Source: Octopus sinensis (taxonomy: Eukaryota). Taken from it: a DNA stretch of 64,000 bases. Each line of letters opens with the position of its first letter. The stretch's first letter is position 1. Location: the NCBI RefSeq assembly GCF_006345805.1, contig NC_043004.1, forward strand, positions 70,494,001 through 70,558,000. Reading direction: 5' to 3'. Below the pieces are notes generated by a model, which was given only the letters and a program-made list of their open reading frames with translations, ran no database searches and was not told the DNA's origin. Positions 1-12,868 of the stretch are shown piece by piece. The translations under genes were made by a program, and so were the position numbers.

Positions 1-146
1 AAGTTCCATGCTTCTATCTTTCATTTGCCTTATTTACAGGCTTTGAAATATCTCTACACAAACAGTCTCAATTAGTCTGCTTGACTTTATATGTGGGTAT
101 ATATGCGCACAAGTCATCGTCCTCATTTTAACGTCCATTTTGCCAG

Positions 147-231
147 ACTCTTGTGGGAGAGATACAATTTCTCAAGGTGGATTTTCTATGGGTGGATATC
201 TCCTTCTTGTCTTCAGTCCTCATGTTTCCAG
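147..231 (+). CDS. Candidate internal exon, product unknown
   Basis: Bounded by ttttgccag| and CAG|gtaagg. Two frames are open and both stay open when joined to 526-685. No homology recognised. Confidence 0.2.
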
Positions 232-284
232 GTAAGGTAATTGTTACCCAATGATAAGACATGCTTTCATGGAAGATTGGAGAC

Positions 285-500
285 AAAAGCGGGAGGAAGA
301 GAAAGGAGGGGGCGAAGGAGAGAGGAAGGAGGGGAAGAGAAGGAGGGGAGGAGGAGTAGAAGGAGGGGAGGATGAGGAGTAGGAGAGAAGGAGGGGGAGT
401 AGGGGAGAAAGAGAAGGAGGGGAGAGGAAGGAAGAGGAGGAGAAGAAAGAGGAGGAGGAGGAGGAGGAGAAGAAGAAGAAGAAGAATAGTAGCAGCAGAG
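285..500. repeat. Purine-rich low-complexity tract (GGA/GAG/GAA)
   Basis: Read directly from the sequence. Confidence 0.9.
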
Positions 501-525
501 GGAGAAAACTGATACATCATTTCAG

Positions 526-685
526 CATCAATGTTTTTACATTTAATCCCCAACAAATACCATATCAATATCGCAAGTACTCCTGTGCACTCGTCTCGCT
601 ACTCTTCAGGACTACACTCATTTGGGAGGAAGTGCACATTAGAGGCAGGCGTATCACTCATGGTTCGCAAACAAATATACTGCAA
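526..685 (+). CDS. Candidate internal exon, product unknown
   Basis: Bounded by catttcag| and AA|gtgtgt. The 160 nt are open in two + frames, all three - frames contain stops, and it holds 5 CpG in a CpG-poor background. Confidence 0.25.
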
Positions 686-767
686 GTGTGTATATTTGGA
701 TAGCTAAATAAATACATATATCAGTTTCTGAGATAAAGTAGTGTGTATAATGAGTGCTCTTTGGCTC

Positions 768-935
768 TATCTCCTTCTCTCTCTCTCTCTCTCCTTCTCT
801 CTCTCTCTCTCCCTCTTTATCTATCTCTTCTTCTCTCTATCTCTCTCTGTATGTGTGTATGCATATGCATGCGTTTGTGTTTGTGTGTGTGTGTGCATGT
901 GTGTGTATGTTCATATGTGTGTACCTGTGCATATA

Positions 936-969
<34 letters not shown>

Positions 970-1027
970 CACATAGACACACCCACACACAGATATATAT
1001 CTATATGTATATATATATATATATATA
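768..1027. repeat. Compound microsatellite (CT)n/(TG)n/(TA)n
   Basis: Read directly; explains the overlapping spurious ORFs. Confidence 0.95.
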
Positions 1028-1166
1028 GGTAAACAGTAAAATTAAATACAGACATGGACAAGAACATGAAACACCACAGAGACGACACAAGAACCACAGG
1101 ACGGGACATTCGAAGCCCTCAGTCATCAGTCAAGAACCAGATCATCTTAGCAATTTCGGCTGATTA

Positions 1167-1168
<2 letters not shown>
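1028..1168 (-). mobile_element. Short repeat remnant embedded in (TA)n, possibly a Penelope-like terminal fragment
   Basis: Flanked on both sides by (TA)n like the other terminal-repeat remnants. Contains CTGATGA and CCGAAA on the - strand but no complete hammerhead. Confidence 0.3.
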
Positions 1169-1204
<36 letters not shown>

Positions 1205-1618
1205 TGTCGGTGCAAATGGCTTTTTACATGGCACCGTATTTTACAATCCTGTAAATAATAATAACGGTATTTTTATATAAGCTTAAAGCTTGTGCCAATC
1301 ACCGTGCAATGACTAAGGAAAGTGGTCTAATAAAGGGGCATATAAGCCCTCAATATATGTATATGTGTGTACGTGTGTGTGTATGTGTGTGTGTGGGTGG
1401 GTGTGTATGTAAGGAGACGATATATATATATGTGTGTGTGTGTGTGAATGTGTGTATGAACAGGGTATTGCTTCCATTTTTATATTGCAACCAAGTTTAA
1501 TGATATACTGTATCAGATGTTATATTTTATCAGTTTCATTAATTATGTAAGTATGCATATGTATATGTAAATGTATATATGTATGTATATGTGTATGTGT
1601 GTGTGTGTGTATAGCGTA

Positions 1619-1674
<56 letters not shown>

Positions 1675-1947
1675 ACACATACATACACACACACATATAC
1701 ACAACACATACATATACATACACTCACACACATACAAAGTAGGGTGTGGTTTGAAGAAGGATTACCTACTATTTGTATCATGTCTAGCTACCATGTAGTC
1801 ACTGCTTTGTGGGTTAACTCATTCCATATATATAGCAACAGTGGCTAAACTGTGGCTCAGAAACCACATGTGGCTCTTGAAACACCATAAGCAACTCACA
1901 AGACAATATTGGGCGTCAGTACCATTTTTATCAAGACAGAATTAGCT

Positions 1948-2258
1948 GAAGGCACATGGCTCAGTGGTTAGAGCATTGAGCTTACAATTGTGAGATTGTG
2001 AGTTCAAATCCTGGACCGGGCTGTGTGTTGTGTTCTTGAGGAAGACACTTTATTTCACGTTGCTCCAGTTCACTCACCTGTAGAAATGAGTTGCGATGTC
2101 ACAGGTGCCAAGCTGTATCAGCTTTTGCCTTTCCCTTGGATAACACTGGTGGCACAGAGAGGGGAGGCCGGTGTGCATGGGTGACAACTGGTCTTCCATA
2201 ATCAACCCTGCCCGCATTTGTGCCTGGGAGGGTAACTTTCTAGGTGCAATTCCAGGGG
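1948..2258 (+). mobile_element. tRNA-derived SINE, family C
   Basis: A box TGGCTCAGTGG 1957-1967 and B box GAGTTCAAATC 2000-2010; the same body recurs at 13329, 20170, 33005 and 52510. Confidence 0.85.
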
Positions 2259-3549
2259 GTCTCAGATTAGCTGAAGAAACAGAAACAATGGAAACCTAGA
2301 AACATATAGGATGCAGTCCTCTTCATGTGTGTGTGTGTGTGTGTGTGTGTGTAGTGTGTGTATTCCTATTTATAATTCTAAAATAAAATTGCTCTTGAAA
2401 GTAAAACTATATAGTTTAATTAAGCTATTACTAATAAAAATGTTTCTTTATCTGCCACAAAAATTCACTATTTAATACAGAAATGGTGCATGGTTTACAG
2501 CACACAAAAAAATCACTTTCAAGTGACAAAAATAATATTCGAAGTGGTTTATATGATTGGAAATAAATTTCGAAGTGTTTATAGTGTCATAATGAAGATC
2601 TGGTCAAAGACTTTGCAATTAAAAATTGTACGAGAAAACTTTTTTAAATAAAGAGGAAGTATACAAAAATAAACATTATTTTCCATCTTTTTGTTAGTTT
2701 TGTTTCATTTTGAAAAACAAAAACAATATCTTATGGCTTATTATTGTATATATTTTGAAATACATATATATGGGGGCACCAAAATCGTATTATTTACACA
2801 AAACCTGGAACTTTTCAGCACGACTGCATATATACATATGTACAGAAAAATACTTACATACCCACAAATATATATAAATATACTAATATAAATATATGCA
2901 TTTAAATGTGTGCCTGTGTGTGTATACATAGTGAATGAAAGAGAGAGGGAAAGAGGTGCAGATGGAGGGAGGAAAAGAGGTAGACAGTCTGAGTATGTTA
3001 TATAAATGTGTGTATATAATCTTTTGACATGACCTTTTAAGTTTTCTTCTTCTGATATCAAATGTTATTATGAAGTGTGTAACAATAGGAGGTTTATCTC
3101 ATCTGTTTAACATGATTACATATTAGACAAATAATAGTACAGTAACTTTAGAACTCTTAATTTTCTCACACTCCTTATTTATTCCAACAGTCTCTTAACT
3201 TCTAACCTCTGCCTTTAGATATATATTCAGCCATACATACATACATACATACATACATACATACATACATACATACATACATACACACACAAGCATGTAA
3301 CTGTGTATGTGTGAGTAAGTGTGTATCCATGATATATATATATATATATCATCATCATCATCGTTTAGCGTCCGTTTTCCATGCTAGCATGGGTTGGACT
3401 AATATAATATAATAATAAATGATATAATAAATTAATAAATAAAACATATGCATATATATATACATATATGTATGTACCTACCTCTACATGTATATATACA
3501 CGCATATATGAGTACAGGACACCAAATATATATATATATATATACAGCA

Positions 3550-3697
3550 CTGTAACTTAGTAGGTCAACAATAGAGAACGATAGAGTAAGTACTAGGCTT
3601 ACAAAGAATAAGTCCTGAGGTCAATTTGTTCGACTAAAAGTGGTGCTCCAGCATGGCCACAGTCAAATGATTGAAACAAGTAAAAGAATAAAAGAAT
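3550..3697 (+). mobile_element. SINE family A, 3' half
   Basis: Contains ataagtactaggcttacaaagaataagtcc...ctccagcatggccacagtcaaatga, shared with many copies. Confidence 0.8.
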
Positions 3698-4269
3698 GTA
3701 CACACACACATACATACACACATATATACACAGACAACTAAGAAACATAAGTAGAGTATCAGCCACAGACACACAAACATACATTCGCACACACACACAT
3801 GATGGGCTTCCACACAGTTTCTACCAACCAAATCTACTCGCAAGTCTCTGATCAGCAAGTCTCTGATCAGAGTATAGCAAAAGAAACTTGACCAAGGTTC
3901 TACAGAGTGGGACTGAAACCAAGACCACATGACTGGGAAGTAGGCGTCTCAAGCGCTCAGGTTTAGCCATGTAATAAAGAAGCCACATAAAAACTGCATA
4001 GCAAAAGTATTGTTTCTAAAGTGTCTAGATTCTAGAACACTAGGGATTGCCTGAGACAGACCCATGATAACACAGGGCAGCTGCAGTTGCAGCAGGTAAT
4101 GTATCTAAATGAAGAGTGTATCAGTAGTTAAATGAGAAGATGTACTGTAAGAGAAGACGAAGAGGATTGGTAACAGGAAGGACTCTGCTTGCAAACACCT
4201 ATTCAATCCATGCTAGCATGGAAAGGTGGGCATACACTGAGGCTTAGGATTTGTTATATATATATACAT

Positions 4270-4575
4270 ATATTTTGTTTCTTCCTTCTTGAGCCATGTC
4301 TGGCTCATAAGGGCCGGTTTCCCAGTTTCTTTGGCATGTAGGTTCTCACCTGAACGGAATGCTGGTCCACTGCAGGTGAGCAGCAAGATGCAGGAGGAAA
4401 GAGTGAGAGAAAGTTGTGGTGAAAGAGTCAACAGAAGTTTGCCATTACCTTCTGCCAGAGCTGCATGGAGCTTAGGTGTTTCACTCACAAATACACACAT
4501 CACCCGGTTTGAGATTTGAACCGACGATCCCTCGACCGCTAGTCTGATGCTTTAACCACTAGGCCATGTGCTCTA
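4270..4575 (-). mobile_element. tRNA-derived SINE, family E
   Basis: tRNA-like head on the - strand at ~4510-4575; its 3' end recurs at ~41370-41470 and ~53755-53810. Confidence 0.65.
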
Positions 4576-4588
4576 ACCACTAGGCCTC

Positions 4589-4622
<34 letters not shown>

Positions 4623-4980
4623 CATACAGTTGATTTGTCGGACTCTGAAGAAGATAGCATTGCGATGGTTGTTCATTATATTTTCAATTGATTAATTGAT
4701 CTATTGATTAACTGTTACCATGAACACACCAAGAATGCATACCTGAAACAGCTGTAAGTCTGTAATGCACAAATAAATGTATAATGCCCATTACTTATTT
4801 ATGCCTATTTATATGTATATTCATTTATTCTTTTATTTGTTTATTTGTTTCAGTCATTTGACAGCAGCCATGTGGCCATATATATATACACACACACACA
4901 CATATATATGTGCTTATATGTACATATGTATGTATATACATATATATATATTTAAGTGGGTGAATGAATTATCCTAGTAT

Positions 4981-5130
4981 GGATAATTCGGTTAATCGAT
5001 ACCTGGGTAGCAAATTCACGTCAGAAAACACGGTTGAAGCTACATGCCAAGGGCAGAGATCACGTGCTTTCGTGTGGAAATTTGTGTGTTTTTTTTATAT
5101 GAATAAATGAAAAGAATGGAGTCGAACGAA
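4981..5130 (-). promoter_or_regulatory. CpG-enriched promoter-like segment with a downstream splice donor on the - strand
   Basis: 8 CpG in ~150 bp; E-box CACGTG 5061-5066; CRE-like TCACGTCA 5016-5023; DRE-like AATCGATA 4994-5001; CAG|gtatcg at 5003/5002 on the - strand. Confidence 0.25.
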
Positions 5131-5448
5131 GATTTTAACAAAATTCCTTTATATATATATGTATGTATATATCATCATCATCATTATAGTCATCATCATC
5201 ATCATCATTATAGTCATCATCATCATCATCATCGTCTTTTAACAACTGTATTTCAATATCTGTAGAGTTAGAGGGAACTTGCTGAGGCAGATTTTCTAAG
5301 GCTAGATGTCCTTCTTGTTGCCAACAGTCACTTGTTTCAAAGAAAGATAAAACTTGAACATAGAAGAGAAGAAATGGACAACATTGTTTGTACTGCAGTG
5401 ATGCTCATTTACAATCATCACTTGATGTCAAGATAAGAATACACACAC

Positions 5449-5485
<37 letters not shown>

Positions 5486-6021
5486 ACACACACACACACA
5501 CACATACATACATATACAATGGGACTCTTTCAATTTCCATAATCAAATCTACATGCAAGACTTTGGTCAGCCTTGGGCTAAATTAGAAGACACTCACCCA
5601 AAGTGCTATGCAGTGGAACTGAAACCAAAACCACATGGTTGGGAACCAAACTTCTTAACTGTGTCCCTATGTGTACATTGGTTTTGTCCTTCAATACCAA
5701 ACCAGATCTTTGAGTACTGTTCCTTCTAAGCTGTGCGCATATGCATACATACATGCATGCACACACAGACACAGACACACAGACACATACACACACACAC
5801 ACACACACTCACACACATACACACAAACATACATTTTGCAACTGTTGCACAAAAGAAATTAGTGAGTACACAAGTAATTAATGTGAGCAGAAAAAGTTTG
5901 TTACTGAAAATAATGTAGCAACTAATAATTATAATTGCTAAAGTAATTATACATTCAGTGCACACGTACTTTTGAAACAGGAAAGAAAATTGCACAACTT
6001 GAGACTTTTAAGCATACTCAA

Positions 6022-6055
6022 CACCATCATCATCACAATCATCATCATCCTCATC

Positions 6056-6089
<34 letters not shown>

Positions 6090-6181
6090 CCACCATCATG
6101 ACTATCACCATCATCATCATCATCATCATCATCATCACCACCATCATCACTATCACCATTATCATCATCATCATCATCATC
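6022..6181. repeat. Degenerate (CAT/CAC)n tract, continuous with an RTE tail
   Basis: Read directly. Confidence 0.9.
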
Positions 6182-6420
6182 CATTTTGCATCTGCTTTCC
6201 ATGCTGGCATGGGTTAGACAGTTTGACAGAAACTGGTAAACTGTGGGACTACATCAGGTTCCAATCTCATTTGGCATGGTTTCTATGGCTGGATACCCTT
6301 CCTAACACCAACCACTCCAAGCGTGTAATGGGTGCTTTTTACATGCCACTGGCATGGGTGCCAGTTATGTGACACTGGCATTGGCCACAACTACAATTTC
6401 ACTTGGCTTGATGGGCCTTA
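6182..6420 (-). mobile_element. RTE LINE 3'UTR fragment
   Basis: Matches the 3' end of the RTE copy at 53979-54683, which ends gcatggaaagcagacattaaac(gat)n. Confidence 0.75.
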
Positions 6421-6724
6421 AAAATTTCAGGAAACATTATTTCTGAGTAAAGATATTCTAGCCATGACCATCCTGTCTTTCCATGAATAGTTTACCTCAG
6501 ATTACATTATCCAGTATGTCCTTCTTTTTTTATTCCTAAGGTAGTTGGCTGCTACTTCTAGCAGGTTTAGCAATTGCTTAGATGCTCTTTCACTGAAAAT
6601 ATGATTATCGTTGTTTAGCCTAAGGTCTACACCGATTCAGCAGACTTATGATCAAAAAGTATTCCCGCCATGACCATCCCATTTTTTTAGAAGTATTTCT
6701 AGAATTGCATTATTTAATGAGTTC

Positions 6725-6945
6725 AAGGCAACAAACTGGCAGAAACATTATCACGCCAGGCAAAATGCTTAGCGGTATTTCATCTGTCTTTATGTTCTGA
6801 GTTCAAATTCTACCGAGGTCAACTCTGCCTTTCATCCTTTCATGGTCAATAAATTAAGTACCAGTTGCATACTGGGGTCAATCTAACTGACTGGCCCCCT
6901 CCCAAAAAATTCAGGCCTTGTGCCTAGAGTAGAAAGGATTATTTA
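6725..6945 (+). mobile_element. SINE family B
   Basis: ctggcagaa...gagttcaaattc...ctttcatcctttc...aagtaccag consensus shared with many copies. Confidence 0.8.
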
Positions 6946-7690
6946 ATGAATTCTTTCCTTGTTTAAGAGATAACAATGTTATTTGAGGAAAATTAGGCTG
7001 CTATTTCTCGCAGGTTGAGCAACTACATAAAAGGAGTCTCCTCTTATTGATCAAATAGCTTAAATAAGTACCAGTAATGTACTTTCTAATATCTCTATTA
7101 TTGCCAAGTAAATATTTAGACAGTATCAATGTAAGACAACTTTACATACAATCTATAATAATAAAAGCAAAATTCTGTCTGTCTGGGACCTCAGTAGCTC
7201 AGTCTACATTTGCTCTGCATAGACATATTATACCATTTTGGAATCAGGATGATCCCGGGATTGAAAATTTGCACTTGAACATCCAGCATTGACATCTGAT
7301 TTAAAAGCATTTAGGTTGCTATTTCTAGCAGGTAAAGCTTGGCTGATTCACATCATCTTGGTTGGCATTTGTCAGATGATGTCAGAGATCAAGGGGAGAG
7401 AAATGACATTTGCTTCATTATTTTTTGAACTTTAGGACAAATTGGCCAACAGTTGGAATATAACTTAGGACTGGAACAATACAATGATTACATTACAGAA
7501 TTAATTCTCATCCATCCTTAACTTCTGATGAAACACCACCAGGGTATATAGTCATTATAGACATATAATATTGATGCTATTTAACTCTTTCTAGTTTTGA
7601 GCCACAGGTCAGATTCGCCCTCCACAGGAGCTAGCTTAAAAGTCCACATGGAGTGGAGACTTTTAAGTTAGTAATATAATAAACATCAAA

Positions 7691-7912
7691 AAGGCAGAGA
7701 ACTGGCAGAACTGTTAGCATGCTGGGCAAAATGCTTAGCAGCATTCTGTCTGTCCTTATGTTTTGAGTTCAAATTCTGTCAAGATTGACTTTGCCTTTCA
7801 TCCTGTCAGGGTTGATAAAATAAGTACCACTCAAGTACTGGGGTTGATGTAATCAACTTACACACTCCCTTGATATTGCTGGCCTTGTGTCAAAATTTGA
7901 AACCAGTATAAT
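7691..7912 (+). mobile_element. SINE family B
   Basis: Same consensus as 6725. Confidence 0.8.
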
Positions 7913-7981
7913 AAATATTGAGGACTGGACAAGTTTTACCACCATGACCCTTCGGTGTGTGAAGGAGGACATTGGCAATCA

Positions 7982-8013
<32 letters not shown>

Positions 8014-9032
8014 CAACCACCACCACCTCCAACAACAACAACAACACTATGATAGTGATAAGTGTGGAATTTTGTTTTATGATCTAATACAAATCAACGT
8101 TTTGTCTAACCCTTTTATTACCATATATGGATCCTCAGGGGCAATATAGACTCCTGTTGAGAACCACTTGTCTTGGGTAAAGAGGACTCTTCTGTCTTGC
8201 TGAAGACAAGATGACCGTTCTAGTGCTGGCACTAAAATGAAATGCACCTAGTACACTCTATTAAGCAGTTAGTGATAAGAAAATTGTAAAACTGTAGAAA
8301 CCATGGCAAAAAATAAAGGGCATGAACAAGACGTATTTCTGCCCCATCTAAGAGGACTGTAATTCTGAATATAAACTGACATAGACTATAACAACCTGTC
8401 CAGCCCTTCTCAGCCAGCTTAAAAGCTGAAGCAAAAATGATGATGTACAGTTATGGTGACACACTTGTAGACCAATTAGCCTAACTAAATGATTAATTAA
8501 CATTATACTGTCTCCATGAATATGTCAGAAAATGTAAGAGGTGAAGAAAATAAATTGAACATACATGTATTAGTTGCCCATACTCATTATATATTATCCT
8601 TATTATTATATATTATTATGTATCATACATTATACATCAGTTCCACATACTCATAATACATAGTATATTATATATCAGGTCCACTGATGCATTAATTTTC
8701 ATTATTCAATACACTGTACATTATACATCATGTCCATATACTCATTACATACCATTATACATTGTTATTATACATCAGGTGCATGCATTCATTATACATC
8801 AGCTCTAAACATTCAATTAACTGGCCATCTTGATACAGATTCACTCACTTAGAACAGCAGCAGCAGCAGCAGAAGCGACAGTAACAGCAACAGTAGCAGT
8901 AAAAGTAAAGAAACATTTCTACATAGCTGTTATTCACATTGCAAGAAAGAGCAGCAAAACATCCATCAAATTAAACTTTACCTTCTTGACAAAAAGGAAG
9001 GACACATTAGCTAATGTAATCCAATGTAATAC

Positions 9033-9445
9033 TCTTTACTCTTTTATTTGTTTCAGTCATTTGACTGTGGCCATGCTGGAGTATTGCCTTTAGTCAAGCA
9101 AATCGACCCCAAGACTTATTCTTTGTAAGCCTAGCACTTATTCTATCAGTCTCTTTTGCCGAACTGCTAAGTTACGGGGTTGTAAACACACCAACATCGG
9201 TTGTCAAGCGATGTCGGGAGGACAAACACTGACACACAAACGTATACATACACATACATATATATATATATATACATACATACGACAGGCTTCTTTCAGT
9301 TTCCGTCTACCAAATCCACTCACAAGGCTTTGGTCGGCCCGTGGCTATAGTAGAAGACACTTGCCTAAGGTGCCACGCAGTGGGAATAAACCTGAAACCA
9401 TGTGGTTGGTAAGCAAGCTACTTACCACACAGCCACTCCTATGCC
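9033..9445 (-). mobile_element. Bipartite SINE family A with internal (TA/TG)n
   Basis: tRNA-like head, internal microsatellite and conserved 3' half. Confidence 0.85.
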
Positions 9446-9956
9446 TGTCTGGAAATACGATGGAATGATCAGGAGTGAAATGCTTTTGATCAGAGGTGTG
9501 CTGAATCAGGACTGATTTGGTCATTTGATCTTAAACATCAACAGCAAATAAATACTTAAAAAAAGGCATGGTAATGTGGTTCAGAAGTTCACTTTGCAAC
9601 CATATGGTTTTGGGTTCAATCCAACTGCTCAGCACCTTAGGCAAGTGTCTTGTGATTAAAGCCTTATAAGTGAAACTTAGCTGTAGGAAAGTGTGTGGAT
9701 GCTTTTTGAAGAGATCATTCTTGTTCTTGAATGATAGAATAAATCCAGCAACTGGTTTAACCCCCCCACAAGGACTTGGGAGCCTTTAACAGGAGGCATT
9801 CTGCTGCAAACATTAATATGAAGTTTCCAGCCTGGGATAACTTCTGCCCTTCTTTCCATTAGTCTCAGCATCTCTGAAAATGGATTATCAGTATTATCTT
9901 TCTTTTTCAGATAATGATATTGAAAGAATTTAAATGAAAAAAAAAATTCTTTACAA

Positions 9957-10472
9957 GGCATAGTTGTGTAGTAAAGAAGCTTGCTTTCCAACGATGTCGT
10001 CTTGGGTTCAGTCTCACTGCACAGCACTTTGGGAAAGTGTCTTCTACAATAGAGCCAGGTTAATCAGAGCCTTCTGAATGGATTTAGTTGATGGAAACTG
10101 AAAGAAGCCCTTTCTATATGTGTGTGGTAAGTAACTACCTCTACATAATTATAGAGCTACAAAGAAACATTTTTACATTGTTGTTACATTGCAAGAAAGA
10201 ACAACAAAATATCTCTTGAATCACACACTGCCTTCTTAAAAAAAAGTATATATTTGCTAATGTATGTGTGTCATTGTGTTGTGGTTGTGTTTGGCCCCCC
10301 ACCACAACTTGACAACTGGTGTTGGTTTGTTTACATCTTTGTAAGCTAGCAATTTGGTAAAAGCGACAGACAAAATAAGTGCCAAGTTTAAGAAAGGAAA
10401 TAAGTAATGACTGGAGTAGACTTGTTTGAGAGAGTGCCCCAGCATGACCACAACCCAATGACTGAAACAAGT
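9957..10472 (+). mobile_element. Bipartite SINE family A, diverged
   Basis: Head at 9957-10110, 3' half at ~10270-10472. Confidence 0.7.
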
Positions 10473-10473
10473 T

Positions 10474-10692
10474 TGAGGGAGTATTGAAAGTTCCTGGCTT
10501 TAATGGTAATCACAAAAGACCTGGCTGGAAGCCCAACTTTCCAAGTTCTTTTTACAGAGCTTAAGAAAAACTAAAGGACTTCTGCAATAAGTATGTGAAT
10601 CTGAAAGGGGATAATGTTAAATAAAATCATAATTAACTGATTGCCCTCTATTACCTCCTACCCAAAGCCAGGAACTTTTCAGCACATGCTCA
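10474..10692 (+). mobile_element. Mariner-derived MITE (~220 bp)
   Basis: TIRs tgagggagtattgaaagttcctggcttt / aaagccaggaacttttcagcacatgctca. The interior encodes KDFCNKYVNLKGDNVK*, like the mariner C-terminus KCVxLxGxYVE. Confidence 0.75.
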
Positions 10693-11406
10693 CAAAAGCT
10701 AAAAAACATATTGGAGTCAATTGTATGCATCCCTCCTCTCTATAATTATCTCTATAATGTGACAAACATCCACAGTCATCTGTATAATAACATTTAAAGC
10801 TGCTTCTCATTAATGAGTACCACAGGCACACATCTTACAGCAAGATATACTTTACGCTTTACATTATCACACTCTCTGCTGTAGTACTCTTGCTCCTTTC
10901 ATTCATCCACCCTGGTCTTTCTGCTCTCATCTCTCTCTCTCTCTCGCGCTCTTTCTCTCTCTCTCTCTTGCTCTTCTCTCTCTCTTTCTCTCTCTCTCGC
11001 TCGCTCTTTCTCTCCTATTCCCCACCTCAGTCATATTACCTGTGCAAAAGTATCCAGTAAATTACTGCTTACTCTTTATATTTACAGAGTGCAAGTCATC
11101 CTGCTCCTCTTGTGGTACTTCAGTAGAACCCCCCCTCCTCTATGCACCCCATAGGGTAATTGGTAAGTGAACAGAGTAGTGTTGAGAGGTCACTTAGTCC
11201 AGCTTCACCTAGGGCTTAGTCCAGTTTTACCAAGGTGGTGTGCAAGCAATTGATTACAATAAATTTTTTAGTTTTTATGAGCATGTGCTCATAAAAGAAG
11301 AGGAAGGATGATACGGTTAACAATGCCATACCATGAAGAGGTGTAATTTGATTGCTATCTTTTGTTGTTCAATTAACAAACTAAATGTTGATTCATAACC
11401 TAGTGT

Positions 11407-11439
<33 letters not shown>

Positions 11440-11879
11440 ACATATGGGTGATTGCTGATCTAGAGTTGTTTCATCGCATAGGGTGAAGCCCATAAGAAGG
11501 AGATAAGTCCAATGATGAGACTGGCAGTTAAAACAGTAATGGAAAATGAATCAGTAACACAGAGAAATGTATCAAGACAGACTTGTTACTGCATTGGTTT
11601 ACATTTCACAAATCATGTTAGTGAGCTTCTAGTGAGTCAACTAGCTAAAAGTAGCAGTCATCACATCCTACTTCATGGAAAGAGACATTATATGAAGTAG
11701 TTTTAAATATCTTAACAAAAACAAAGATAAACATGATAGTCACAAGTGGATTATATTTGACCATAGATCTACAAGACCAGAGCTGATCTAGTATAAAACA
11801 ACAACAACATCAGCAGTAGTAGCAGCAGCTAATGTCTAACTTAACTTCTGACCAACATCAGTTTCACCTATGTTTGCAG

Positions 11880-11935
11880 GACTTAGGTATATGAGCACTA
11901 AACTGGCAAAACGAACACAGCTTAAGGATTTCCTG
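11880..11935 (+). CDS. Candidate mini-exon (G)LRYMSTKLAKRTQLKDFL
   Basis: Bounded by tatgtttgcag| and CTG|gtaaat with an open frame; no homology recognised. Confidence 0.15.
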
Positions 11936-12778
11936 GTAAATGAAAGAAGCCATTGATGTTACTTGACTAATGACTCAGTAGTAATGAATTGAACTCAAGT
12001 TTCATTTTAACTATCCTGAGTCTTAAAACTGTATAAAAATTGAATTTTAAAGTAGCATTAAAAGACACACTTCTCTGCTCACATCAATTTTGTTTGATTG
12101 CCAAGAGGCGTTATTTTTATTTCTATCAATAATTTGAATATTTAGCAGTAAAAATGTAATCTATCAGTAAAAATGTTAATATGTGAAAACTGATTTAACT
12201 TTTTCATCAACTCAAATCTACTGTTTGTGTGTTTGGAGTAGGGGTAGCATTCCAATTCAGATAGAGGAATACAAGCTATTGAAGGGATCTTTACACAATC
12301 ACTTGCCCTTCTAAAAGTAAATATCTGTCAAATCTTATTCAAATAATAAATCACTCTTATAAAAAAAGTGAAAAAAGCATATTGGGTAACATAATCCCAG
12401 GATACCCAAAAGGACAAAGAGGCAACAACTAGAATACTTCTGGTTTATTCAGTTTATGTCTAAACAACAACTGTTACCACAACAGTTGAAGTTTAGAAGA
12501 ATTTACAAGTAGCAGAATCTATTGAAGATGTAACTTCTCTATTCATTGAAAATTTGTGCTCTGACTTGTTTTCATCACTCTTATAATAAATGCCATTGTG
12601 TATTTGTCTATTTCAGTCACTCAAAGGGAGATAACTCCAATCTTATTAGAATTATTTCCCATGGTTACTATTATTTACGCACGCACACACACACACACAC
12701 ACACACAACACACACACACACACACACACATACATACACACATACACATGGATGCTATAATGACTAGAAAATGCTTAG

Positions 12779-12868
12779 ATGAAAGTGTCTTTAGACAAAA
12801 ATGTTTTTAGACCAAAGTGTCTTAGACCAAAGTGTTTTAGACCAAAGTGTCTTAGATCAAAGTGCCAT
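12779..12868. repeat. 15-bp tandem repeat agaccaaagtgtytt, ~6 degenerate copies
   Basis: Read directly. Confidence 0.85.

Noticed and set aside
177-200. GGFSMGG motif suggesting an alpha/beta-hydrolase such as LYPLAL1
   Set aside because: The residues that follow do not resemble the family, so no gene symbol was assigned
1028-1168. Hammerhead from CTGATGA (1123-1129, - strand) and CCGAAA
   Set aside because: No arrangement gives consistent stems I-III; the base after GAA is T rather than A
1948-2020. tRNA genes (here and at other SINE heads)
   Set aside because: A and B boxes are present, but the cloverleaf is degenerate and each continues into a SINE body
7152-7190. Helitron-like 5' end aTCTATAATAATAAAAGC
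   Set aside because: No matching hairpin or CTAG 3' end was found, so the element cannot be delimited
9677-10027. 116-aa - strand ORF with a protein-like middle
   Set aside because: It starts inside a SINE, has no recognisable domain and no convincing donor in frame
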